Shown here piece after piece: positions 9,986-19,597 of a stretch of DNA of 64,000 nucleotides. The stretch's first letter is position 1, and each line of letters begins with the position of its first letter. The notes under the pieces are model-generated. The model did no database searches. It was not told where the DNA came from and saw only the letters and a list, made by a program, of their open reading frames with translations. This DNA is from Eledone cirrhosa (taxonomy: Eukaryota): NCBI GenBank assembly GCA_964016885.1, contig OZ024744.1:71920001-71984000 (forward strand). The letters run 5' to 3'. The translations under genes were made by a program, and so were the position numbers.

Positions 9986-12115
9986 TTACCGTACTTTTGG
10001 TAGAGGAGGGATGGTTTTTACATCCCTTTGCACTTGATCGTCTGGTGAAGGGACCGTTGAATCGTCCCTTCGGCTGGTCGTTGGCTCTTCTAAGAGAATG
10101 TCTGAGTATACTCTTCGATTGATGGTTCCTCCTAGGTCCCTGAAATCACCAACTGCGTTGGGGAATTTCGTTTTAATATTTGTGTATTGTTTCTGTGCTA
10201 TTTTTAGCAGTCTTATGTTAGTTGGCGTTTTGATTGGTGCTGGTATTATGTAGTCCTGTTGTGAAATGTCTGTGTGTTCAATTATGTAAGTCATTAGTTT
10301 CTTGTTGTGTGTATTTATTGCCGTGCATTTGTTTTTCTGGGGGTGGGGTGTGGTTCTGCTATTTTCTTGTCGTTGTTGCTGGGTGTGTGTGTTTTGTTGT
10401 TGTGTTTGCGATGTTGGTGCTTGTGGTGGTGGTGTTGAAGGTGTTGTTGGCGGTGGGGTTGTCGCCGGTGGTGATGGTGGTGCTGGTGTGGGTGGTGATG
10501 GTGTTGGTGGTGTTGCTGCTGTGGGTCTCTTTGCAGTAGACTTTACCCTTTTCTCATTTCTTTCCTCCCTTTTCAAAGGCGACGATGCGCTGCTTCTGCG
10601 TTTGTGCCTTCTTGCGACCTTTTGCCATCCCTCTCCCACCTCACACTCCATGTCTGATTCTGTAAGGTCGGGGAGGGGTACCAGCTCCACTCTTTCACTT
10701 GTTGTTGTTGGTGATGTTTGCACTGGAGTCTCTGTTGCAGCTGCATTTGGTATTGCTGTTGTTGTTGTTAATATTTCCACTGCTGCTGCTGTCTTTGATT
10801 TCCGTGGAGTGGGTATGGGTGCCACGGACCTATCGTTCCTGGTTGCCGCTTGTCCTGTTGCTGGTAGCCGTGGAGCCGGATTCGGAAGGAGGGGGGTTTT
10901 CTCCTTTCTCAGGGTCTTCTCGTTGCAGAAGGCCCTGAGGTGAGTCTTCGATCCACAGCGAAAGCATTTCGGGCGTTTGCCCTCAACACTTATGGGCAGT
11001 TGAGTGCCGTTATCGAAGTCTATCACATCCGGGATAGCTTCGATGCACTCCTGGTTGGTTTGGATTAGCATCTCAATGGAGGAGCCGACCCAATCTTCTC
11101 TTACTTTTTTCTGTACTTGCAGTACAGTTGTTTTGTCCTCGATTCCGACGAGGACAGACGCGGCCAGCCAAGAAGGGGTCATTCCGGGGGGGACGTGGGT
11201 CAGTTTGACCCTCACAATTTTTTGCCCACAGTAGGAGGGCACCAACACCATTTCCTCGCTCCTTAGGGTCACTACTGATTGGGCCTTTGCCTCCTGGGGT
11301 GTGGCAAAAAGTACGTCTACGGTGGCATATTTTTTGCCTCGGGTGATGTGCGTTTTCCGCTGCCACACAGACCCCAAGGCTTTTTGTATTTGGGCCTCTG
11401 TGGCTCTTTCCACCCTACGGGATTTTGTACTTACTGTACGGTACGTGACCGTACAGTGCTCTTGGGTTTCGAAAAATTTTTCCGCTGCCTTGCAGATTGC
11501 TCGGTGTCCGTTCTTTGTAACCATCTTCTTCGCTTCCTCTAATTCCTCATTTGTTATGAGGATTGTTTCCAAGTTTTTCGCAATACCTGCAAATGAGATT
11601 GGTTTTTCTCTGCTGTTGTTGTTGTCGTCAGAGCTGCTGGTACTTTTGTTGTTGCTGCAGGTACTACGACTACTGCCTCCGCCGCTGTTGCTGTGGTTGT
11701 TGTTGGTGTTGCTGCTGCTAATGCTGTTGTTGTTTATGCTGCTGGTGATGCTGTTGCGGCTGCTACTGTTGTTTTCATTGTCACTGTTGCTGTTGTTATT
11801 ACGGCTGCTACTGCTATTATTCCTGACGTCAGACGAATGAACTGGGTTTTCGTATTTCCCGCACACCTGTTTCGTCGCTGTCGTCGTCGTCGTGGAGAAA
11901 CTTTGCACGCTTTGCACAGACTTTTCTTTTCTTTCGTCCCTTGCGAAAGAGAAGGGAGGGAGAGAGACACATTTAAAGAAGGGAGGGAGAGAGACAATCT
12001 TCTCTCTGCTGTAGTGATGATTGAGGAAGAAGAAGACGGAATGAGTGGGAGTGACGTATGAAATTTCTTTTTCGTAGCCATGTTGTTTTTTGTTTAAAAT
12101 GAATATTGGGTACAA
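9986..12115 (-). CDS. LINE ORF1p (nucleic-acid-binding, CX2CX4HX4C knuckle); true start uncertain
   Basis: Open frame of 709 codons, but it starts at TTG. First in-frame ATG is at 11524; the ATG at 12081 is out of frame. Confidence 0.8.
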   Translation of the reverse strand: MYPIFILNKKQHGYEKEISYVTPTHSVFFFLNHHYSREKIVSLPPFFKCVSLPPFSFARDERKEKSVQSVQSFSTTTTTATKQVCGKYENPVHSSDVRNNSSSSRNNNSNSDNENNSSSRNSITSSINNNSISSSNTNNNHSNSGGGSSRSTCSNNKSTSSSDDNNNSREKPISFAGIAKNLETILITNEELEEAKKMVTKNGHRAICKAAEKFFETQEHCTVTYRTVSTKSRRVERATEAQIQKALGSVWQRKTHITRGKKYATVDVLFATPQEAKAQSVVTLRSEEMVLVPSYCGQKIVRVKLTHVPPGMTPSWLAASVLVGIEDKTTVLQVQKKVREDWVGSSIEMLIQTNQECIEAIPDVIDFDNGTQLPISVEGKRPKCFRCGSKTHLRAFCNEKTLRKEKTPLLPNPAPRLPATGQAATRNDRSVAPIPTPRKSKTAAAVEILTTTTAIPNAAATETPVQTSPTTTSERVELVPLPDLTESDMECEVGEGWQKVARRHKRRSSASSPLKREERNEKRVKSTAKRPTAATPPTPSPPTPAPPSPPATTPPPTTPSTPPPQAPTSQTQQQNTHTQQQRQENSRTTPHPQKNKCTAINTHNKKLMTYIIEHTDISQQDYIIPAPIKTPTNIRLLKIAQKQYTNIKTKFPNAVGDFRDLGGTINRRVYSDILLEEPTTSRRDDSTVPSPDDQVQRDVKTIPPLPKVR

Positions 12116-12295
12116 AACCCCAATAACTGGTTATTTAGCCCCGAAGGGCCAAATAACGGACAGAAAGACCCCTCTCACGAGGAGGAGGGTGTCTTTATCA
12201 ACAATTTGGTTCAAGTTTTAAACAATTTACAATTGTTTTAACGGTTAAAAATTACTATACCTTACAGAGCCGAGCCTCCGTCAACCATGGCATTC

Positions 12296-12336
<41 letters not shown>

Positions 12337-12349
12337 CAATAATAATAAT
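12296..12349. repeat. (AAT)n/(AAC) tract between LINE copies 2 and 3
   Basis: Seen directly. Confidence 0.95.
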
Positions 12350-12612
12350 GATTTCTTTATTAACCACAAGGGTTTACATAAAGTAGACATTAAGGACAGT
12401 GCAGGACAATGCAGGACGGTACAAATGGGCATTTCTGCGTGTAAAAAAAACAAAAATAGAGGATGTAACAAAAATAACAATGAAAATAACAATGAAAAAT
12501 TCCCCAATAGGGGGGAGACTTCGGAGGGACATTTGTGGAGAAAGCCCAGTAAAAAGCCACAATGACCCTGACCACCAAGGCAAGTGCCCTCTCCCAGTTT
12601 TCCACCTTTAGT

Positions 12613-15600
12613 TTACAGATATATACTCAGAGTCGGCCCATTCACTCGGGCCATTCTTGCTTCTCTCACCCATCTTTCAACAAAATGCTGGGAAGAGAGC
12701 ACTTCCTTCTCTACTCTGATTTTCCTTTTCAAATGAAATTTGAAAAAGTCAATCAGAGCATCACCGAAGAGGTAAGTGCTCGTCTTCAGCCCTTTCAAAC
12801 GTGTCCACCATACTATCTCTTTCGCCATGGCCACCAGACAGATAAAAACTGCCTGCCCTTCCCGGCTAAAGGAGGAGGGCGGGGCAATCCTCACGATAGA
12901 CTCAGATGATAGCTGGATCCGTCCTAAACGCGACAGCAGGTGTTCGACATAAACCCACAAGTCAGCAATTTTCGGACACTGGACGAGTGCGTGCAGGACG
13001 GTTTCGTCGCCCTGCGCGCATCTCGGACATGCCCGGCTGACGGCACCTCCATGCCTGTAGAGTTTATCCCGAACTGGCAAGGCTCCTCGGTAGCACTGCC
13101 AGGCCAGAGATTTCTGGAAGTTGTCCATAGGCCCTGGCCCGAAGGTTCTTCCGAAGAGATTGGCTAGTTGATTTTCGTCGACGCCTAGAGTTTCCCCAAG
13201 TACGTCGTCGCTCTTCCCCTCCACTAATCCTCTATAGAACGCCGAGGTGGAGTTTCCACCGATCACATTGCCCGATTGGTCGAGGGCTGTGAGCGCCTGA
13301 AGACATTCCAGTCTCCAGGCGCTCCCTCTCGGTCTTCGCTTGACCCAGGACTGCAGCTCCGTCAAGGAAACGAGCTGGGGAAAAACGCGTCTAGCAAACG
13401 GCGACCACACCTGATCACCGTCGAGGAAGAGGTGGAGATGTCGTAGCCTGAGCGCGTGCCTGCGCATCATCAGCCACGGCATGCCCAGCCCTCCACGTAG
13501 CGGGTGTTGACAACAGATGGACCGCCTGACCATCGGAGCACGTCCCTTCCACAAAAAGCGAAAGAGCAAACGCTCCAGCGCAGTCAGGCGAGGCTTAGGA
13601 CAAGGTACGACGGTTAGGCGGTAGCAGATGACAGACGCGATGTACGCGTTAGCCACCTCCGCTCGACCTTTCAGGGATAGCTTCCTCTCCGCCCATTTCT
13701 GGGTGAGAGAAGCCACCCTGCTCGTCACCTCGTCCCAGTTTTTGTCCGTCTGGAGGTCCGGACCGAACCAGACCCCTAGCAATTTAACCGGTCCGTCCGT
13801 CCAGCGCCCGACGACGCTGTTGGACGGCATGGACCTGCCTCTCCAGGTGCCGAGCTGCAGGCCCACTGACTTTTCCTGGTTGATCATTGCTCCTGTCACC
13901 GCTTCGTATTCTCTTAGTGTAGTGCCGATCGCCTCGATGTGTTTGGCGTTCGACACCACTACGGTGACATCGTCCGCATATGCTGACACGGATCTTCCGC
14001 ATCCTAGTTCGCGCGGGACTCCCCTCAACGTCTCCAGTTTGTGCAGTAATGGCTCGAGAGTCAATACGTACAAGAGGGACGAGAGGGGACATCCTTGGCG
14101 GACCGAGCGCATGATGTTGAACGGTTCCGACAGGTGACCGTTCACTCTCACCACAGAGCAGATGTCGCTGTGCATGGCAGCGATCCAGCCTCTGAAGACG
14201 GGCCCAAAGCCAGCCGCCCTCAGGACTGCCGCTAGGTAACGATGGTCGACCCTATCGAAAGCTTTCGACTGATCTAAATTGATCAAGGACCCACCCGTGC
14301 CAGGTTCCCTAGCTACCCTCTCTACGATGTATCGCATGAGGTGGAGGTTGTCGTGGATGGATCTGTCGGGAATGGCGCATGTCTGCGCCTCTCCCACCAG
14401 ACCACCAACGACAAGCGCCAACCTCTTTGCTAGCACCTTGGCCAAAATCTTAAACTCTGTGTTTAGCAGAGTTATGGGCCGGAAATTGTCTATGTTATCC
14501 CCCTTGTTCGGATCCTTTCTCAGCAGTGCCACCGCTCCTCGGCTCACAGAACTGGGAATTCTCCCGTTCTGTTGCCAGTTGCAGTAGACGTCCGCCAAGA
14601 GGCCTCCGAACAAGTCTGGCATCTGTACGTAAAGTTCATAGGGCAGACCATCCAAACCAGGCGATTTACCCCTTGTGCAGCCAGTCATTGCCTCCCTTAC
14701 TTCAGCGGCTGTTATCGGCTTTTCGCAACACTTCGCCTCAGTGGCCGAGAGCCGCGGCAGTCCGTCGAGGTAGACACTAAAGTCCATCCCTCTACCCGGC
14801 CCCCCGCTGCCCCCGAACAGCTGAGCGAAGTGTCGCTGAAAAGCTTCACACATTTGCCCGGGATCGAGTAGCATGCGCCCGTCGTGGTCCACCAAAGACC
14901 GGATCGTGGCTTTGTTGCCACGACGCGCCTCCGCCACTCGGGCCCATTGAACGGCTTTCGTCCCCTCGTGTCTGAGAGCACGCACCCTAGCTCTGACAAC
15001 GCAGCCTTCGTGCTTTGCATTGAAGAATTGGTCAAGGGCCAATTTCGCCGCAAGCACGTCGGTCGCAATGCCTTTGCTAAGCGCCTCGTCTAATTTTCTA
15101 ACTAGTTCTCCCTCTGCTCTATTTTTCTCTATTGCTAAAGCCTTACTAAACCTAATCGATTCTATTCTAATCGCTCTTTTCAGAGCAAACCACCACTTGT
15201 TGTTGACGATGGCCCCCGTCAACGCCCGCTTAACTAGTTCGCTAATCCGGTCTCTGTAGGCCTTGCGCGCTGGTAAGGACGCGTTTAGCTTCCAGTAGCC
15301 GGGTCCTCGTCTATGAAGCCTATCTAAGTCAAGCACACAGATCACGAATTTGTGGTCCGTGTAGCTGACTATCTTGAATTGTGGACAGCCTATGCTAGAC
15401 CTATCTATTTCCCTACAAAATACTCTATCTAGATATGATCTGGATGACCCTATGCGGTTTGTCCAAGTCCACATTGGCACATTCGGGAAATCCAATCGGT
15501 ACCTGTCAGACAGTTCAAAACGCCTGAGCAGGTTGGTGAGGCTCTTGCACCCTCCACCCCTATCCGCTAATCCCACACAGTCCCAGCGTGCATCTAAGAT

Positions 15601-16032
15601 CCCGTTCCAGTCGCCCACTAACACTAAAGAGCGCGACGTTCCAAGAAAGGTCTCCAGACGCCGGAAGAAATCAGGCCGCCCTGCTCCTGTCGGGGCATAG
15701 ACGGCCACTAGCCTGAAAGCTTGCCCGTCTCCGCTGGTCACGTCCAGCACCACCAGCTTACCCTCTGGGTCCAGGAAGATGGCCCGTATGGCGAGATCCA
15801 AACCTCTCCGAAAAAGCACAGCAACTCCTCCACCCGATCCAGGACGGCTGGGAGATGCGTACACATCGTAGCCGCCGAAGATCGGTGCGAAGGCCCGTGC
15901 TTCGGAGATTCTGGTCTCGCTGATGGCCACTACATCTATGTTTAGTGACCTGAGGTCGTTGAGCAGGTGACCCTGCTTCCATGACGACCCCAAGCCACGC
16001 GCATTTATGCTGCCTATTCTGAGTGAGGTCAT
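12613..16032 (-). CDS. LINE ORF2p (APE-RT-ZnF), intact
   Basis: 1139 aa, a handful of substitutions versus copy 2. Confidence 0.96.
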   Translation of the reverse strand: MTSLRIGSINARGLGSSWKQGHLLNDLRSLNIDVVAISETRISEARAFAPIFGGYDVYASPSRPGSGGGVAVLFRRGLDLAIRAIFLDPEGKLVVLDVTSGDGQAFRLVAVYAPTGAGRPDFFRRLETFLGTSRSLVLVGDWNGILDARWDCVGLADRGGGCKSLTNLLRRFELSDRYRLDFPNVPMWTWTNRIGSSRSYLDRVFCREIDRSSIGCPQFKIVSYTDHKFVICVLDLDRLHRRGPGYWKLNASLPARKAYRDRISELVKRALTGAIVNNKWWFALKRAIRIESIRFSKALAIEKNRAEGELVRKLDEALSKGIATDVLAAKLALDQFFNAKHEGCVVRARVRALRHEGTKAVQWARVAEARRGNKATIRSLVDHDGRMLLDPGQMCEAFQRHFAQLFGGSGGPGRGMDFSVYLDGLPRLSATEAKCCEKPITAAEVREAMTGCTRGKSPGLDGLPYELYVQMPDLFGGLLADVYCNWQQNGRIPSSVSRGAVALLRKDPNKGDNIDNFRPITLLNTEFKILAKVLAKRLALVVGGLVGEAQTCAIPDRSIHDNLHLMRYIVERVAREPGTGGSLINLDQSKAFDRVDHRYLAAVLRAAGFGPVFRGWIAAMHSDICSVVRVNGHLSEPFNIMRSVRQGCPLSSLLYVLTLEPLLHKLETLRGVPRELGCGRSVSAYADDVTVVVSNAKHIEAIGTTLREYEAVTGAMINQEKSVGLQLGTWRGRSMPSNSVVGRWTDGPVKLLGVWFGPDLQTDKNWDEVTSRVASLTQKWAERKLSLKGRAEVANAYIASVICYRLTVVPCPKPRLTALERLLFRFLWKGRAPMVRRSICCQHPLRGGLGMPWLMMRRHALRLRHLHLFLDGDQVWSPFARRVFPQLVSLTELQSWVKRRPRGSAWRLECLQALTALDQSGNVIGGNSTSAFYRGLVEGKSDDVLGETLGVDENQLANLFGRTFGPGPMDNFQKSLAWQCYRGALPVRDKLYRHGGAVSRACPRCAQGDETVLHALVQCPKIADLWVYVEHLLSRLGRIQLSSESIVRIAPPSSFSREGQAVFICLVAMAKEIVWWTRLKGLKTSTYLFGDALIDFFKFHLKRKIRVEKEVLSSQHFVERWVREARMARVNGPTLSIYL

Positions 16033-16067
16033 GTTTAAAATAGAGTGGAAAAGATGGGAAAGACCAC

Positions 16068-18197
16068 TTACCGTATTTTTGGTAGAGGAGGGATGGTTTT
16101 TACATCCCTTTTCACTTGATCGTCTGGTGAAGGGACCGTTGAATCGTCCCTTCGGCTGGTCGTCGGCTCTTCTAAGAGAATGTCTGAATATACTCTTCGA
16201 TTAATGGTTCCTCCTAGGTCCCTGAAATCACCAACTGCGTTGGGGAATTTCGTTTTAATGTTTGTGTATTGTTTCTGTGCTATTTTTAGCAGTCTTATGT
16301 TAGTTGGCGTTTTGATTGGTGCTGGTATTATGTAGTCCTGTTGTGAAATGTCTGTGTGTTCAATTATGTAAGTCATTAGTTTCTTGTTGTGTGTATTTAT
16401 TGCCGTGCATTTGTTTTTCTGGGGGTGGGGTGTGGTTCTGCTATTTTCTTGTCGTTGTTGCTGGGTGTGTGTGTTTTGTTGTTGTGTTTGCGATGTTGGT
16501 GCTTGTGGTGGTGGTGTTGAAGGTGTTGTTGGCGGTGGGGTTGTCGCCGGTGGTGATGGTGGTGCTGGTGTGGGTGGTGATGGTGTTGGTGGTGTTGCTG
16601 CTGTGGGTCTCTTTGCAGTAGACTTTACCCTTTTCTCATTTCTTTCCTCCCTTTTCAAAGGCGACGATGCGCTGCTTCTGCGTTTGTGCCTTCTTGCGAC
16701 CTTTTGCCATCCCTCTCCCACCTCACACTCCATGTCTGATTCTGTAAGGTCGGGGAGGGGTACCAGCTCCACTCTTTCACTTGTTGTTGTTGGTGATGTT
16801 TGCACTGGAGTCTCTGTTGCAGCTGCATTTGGTATTGCTGTTGTTGTTGTTAATATTTCCACTGCTGCTGCTGTCTTTGATTTCCGTGGAGTGGGTATGG
16901 GTGCCACGGACCTATCGTTCCTGGTTGCCGCTTGTCCTGTTGCTGGTAGCCGTGGAGCCGGATTCGGAAGGAGGGGGGTTTTCTCCTTTCTCAGGGTCTT
17001 CTCGTTGCAGAAGGCCCTGAGGTGAGTCTTCGATCCACAGCGAAAGCATTTCGGGCGTTTGCCCTCAACACTTATGGGCAGTTGAGTGCCGTTATCGAAG
17101 TCTATCACATCCGGGATAGCTTCGATGCACTCCTGGTTGGTTTGGATTAGCATCTCAATGGAGGAGCCGACCCAATCTTCTCTTACTTTTTTCTGTACTT
17201 GCAGTACAGTTGTTTTGTCCTCGATTCCGACGAGGACAGACGCGGCCAGCCAAGAAGGGGTCATTCCGGGGGGGACGTGGGTCAGTTTGACCCTCACAAT
17301 TTTTTGCCCACAGTAGGAGGGCACCAACACCATTTCCTCGCTCCTTAGGGTCACTACTGATTGGGCCTTTGCCTCCTGGGGTGTGGCAAAAAGTACGTCT
17401 ACGGTGGCATATTTTTTGCCTCGGGTGATGTGCGTTTTCCGCTGCCACACAGACCCCAAGGCTTTTTGTATTTGGGCCTCTGTGGCTCTTTCCACCCTAC
17501 GGGATTTTGTACTTACTGTACGGTACGTGACCGTACAGTGCTCTTGGGTTTCGAAAAATTTTTCCGCTGCCTTGCAGATTGCTCGGTGTCCGTTCTTTGT
17601 AACCATCTTCTTCGCTTCCTCTAATTCCTCATTTGTTATGAGGATTGTTTCCAAGTTTTTCGCAATACCTGCAAATGAGATTGGTTTTTCTCTGCTGTTG
17701 TTGTTGTCGTCAGAGCTGCTGGTACTTTTGTTGTTGCTGCAGGTACTACGACTACTGCCTCCGCCGCTGTTGCTGTGGTTGTTGTTGGTGTTGCTGCTGC
17801 TAATGCTGTTGTTGTTTATGCTGCTGGTGATGCTGTTGCGGCTGCTACTGTTGTTTTCATTGTCACTGTTGCTGTTGTTATTACGGCTGCTACTGCTATT
17901 ATTCCTGACGTCAGACGAATGAACTGGGTTTTCGTATTTCCCGCACACCTGTTTCGTCGCTGTCGTCGTCGTCGTGGAGAAACTTTGCACGCTTTGCACA
18001 GACTTTTCTTTTCTTTCGTCCCTTGCGAAAGAGAAGGGAGGGAGAGAGACACATTTAAAGAAGGGAGGGAGAGAGACAATCTTCTCTCTGCTGTAGTGAT
18101 GATTGAGGAAGAAGAAGACGGAATGAGTGGGAGTGACGTATGAAATTTCTTTTTCGTAGCCATGTTGTTTTTTGTTTAAAATGAATATTGGGTACAA
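16068..18197 (-). CDS. LINE ORF1p; true start uncertain
   Basis: As in copy 2; first in-frame ATG at 17606. Confidence 0.8.
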   Translation of the reverse strand: MYPIFILNKKQHGYEKEISYVTPTHSVFFFLNHHYSREKIVSLPPFFKCVSLPPFSFARDERKEKSVQSVQSFSTTTTTATKQVCGKYENPVHSSDVRNNSSSSRNNNSNSDNENNSSSRNSITSSINNNSISSSNTNNNHSNSGGGSSRSTCSNNKSTSSSDDNNNSREKPISFAGIAKNLETILITNEELEEAKKMVTKNGHRAICKAAEKFFETQEHCTVTYRTVSTKSRRVERATEAQIQKALGSVWQRKTHITRGKKYATVDVLFATPQEAKAQSVVTLRSEEMVLVPSYCGQKIVRVKLTHVPPGMTPSWLAASVLVGIEDKTTVLQVQKKVREDWVGSSIEMLIQTNQECIEAIPDVIDFDNGTQLPISVEGKRPKCFRCGSKTHLRAFCNEKTLRKEKTPLLPNPAPRLPATGQAATRNDRSVAPIPTPRKSKTAAAVEILTTTTAIPNAAATETPVQTSPTTTSERVELVPLPDLTESDMECEVGEGWQKVARRHKRRSSASSPLKREERNEKRVKSTAKRPTAATPPTPSPPTPAPPSPPATTPPPTTPSTPPPQAPTSQTQQQNTHTQQQRQENSRTTPHPQKNKCTAINTHNKKLMTYIIEHTDISQQDYIIPAPIKTPTNIRLLKIAQKQYTNIKTKFPNAVGDFRDLGGTINRRVYSDILLEEPTTSRRDDSTVPSPDDQVKRDVKTIPPLPKIR

Positions 18198-18377
18198 AAC
18201 CCCAATAACTGGTTATTTAGCCCCGAAGGGCCAAATAACGGACAGAAAGACCCCTCTCACGAGGAGGAGGGTGTCTTTATCAACAATTTGGTTCAAGTTT
18301 TAAACAATTTACAATTGTTTTAACGGTTAAAAATTACTATACCTTACAGAGCCGAGCCTCCGTCAACCATGGCATTC

Positions 18378-18418
<41 letters not shown>

Positions 18419-18455
18419 CAATAATAATAATAATAACAATAATAATAATAATAAT
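18378..18455. repeat. (AAT)n tract, contiguous with a SINE 3' tail
   Basis: Seen directly; followed by tgtttctaatttgggcacaaggccagc. Confidence 0.93.
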
Positions 18456-18491
18456 TGTTTCTAATTTGGGCACAAGGCCAGCAATTACCCA
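18453..18491 (-). mobile_element. 3' fragment of tRNA-derived SINE
   Basis: Matches the 3' ends of the SINE copies at 33603 and 36160. Confidence 0.8.
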
Positions 18492-18527
18492 ATATATTAC
18501 TCGTTCTTTATTTATAATAATAATAAT

Positions 18528-19569
18528 GCTTTCTTTATTAACCACAAGGGTTTACACAAATTAGACATTAAGGACAGTACAGGACAATACAGGACGGTAC
18601 AAATGGGCATTTCTGAGTGTAAAAAAACCCCCAAAACAGTGGATATAACAAATAGAACAATGAAAATTCCCCAATAGGGGGGAGATTTCCGAGGGCCATC
18701 GTGGAGAAAGCCCATTAAAAAAGCCACAGTGACCCTGACCACCAGGGCAAGTGCCCTCTCCCAGTTTTCCACCTTCAGTTTACAGGCATATACTCGGAGT
18801 AGGCCCATTCCCTCGGGCCATTCTTGCCTTTCTCACCCATCTTTGAACAAAATGCTGGGAAGAGAGCACTTCCCTCTCTACCCTGAGATTCCTTTTCAAA
18901 TGAATTTTGAAATGAAATTTGAAGAGGTAAGTGCTCGTCTTCAGCCCTTTCAGACGCGTGCACCATACTATCTCTTTCGCTATGGCCACCAGACCGATAC
19001 AAACTGCTTGCCCTTCCTGGCTAAAGGAAGAGGGCGGGGTAATCCTCACGATGGACTCCGCTGATAGCTGGATCCGTTCTACACGCGACAGCAGGTGTTC
19101 GACATAAACCCACAAGTCAGCAATGCTCGGACACTGGACGAATGCATACAAGACGGTTTAGTCGCCCTGCTCGCATCTCGAACATGCCCAGTTGACGGCA
19201 CCTCCATGCCTGTAGAGTTTATCCCGAACTGGCAAAGCTCCTCGGTAGCACTGCCAGGCCAGGGATTTCTGGAAGTTGTCCATGTCCATAGGCCCCGGCC
19301 GAAAGTTCTTCCGAAGAGATTGGCTAGTTGATTTTCGTCGACGCCTAGAGTTTCCCCAAGTACGTCGTCGCTCTTCCCCTCCACTAATCCTCTATAGAAC
19401 GACAAGGTGGAGTTTCCATCGATCACATTGCCCGACTGGTCGAGGGCCGTGAGCATCTGAAGACATTCCAGTCTCCAAGCGCTCCCTCTCGGTCTTCGCT
19501 TGACCCAGGACTGCAGCTCCGTCAAGGAGACGAGCTGGAGAAAGACGCGTCTAGCAAAGGGCGACCACA
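18528..19569 (-). mobile_element. 5'-truncated, older Tx1/L1 LINE copy 4
   Basis: Diverged 3' ~1 kb of the same family with indels; (AAT)n on both sides (18515-18527 and 19570-19597). Confidence 0.92.
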
Positions 19570-19597
19570 AAATAATAATAATAATAATAATAATAAT

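Larger units (their letters stand above)
6269..12295 (-). mobile_element. Full-length Tx1/L1-clade LINE copy 2
   Basis: Two long ORFs; 5' end identical to copies 1 and 3 (ccatggcattc|aat); (AAT)n flanks. Confidence 0.96.
12350..18377 (-). mobile_element. Full-length Tx1/L1-clade LINE copy 3
   Basis: Near-identical to copy 2 (offset about 6081-6082). Confidence 0.96.

Noticed and set aside
236-19331. Many short plus-strand and alternate-frame ORFs over the LINE stack
   Set aside because: Antisense or shadow frames of ORF1/ORF2, repeated only because the element is repeated.
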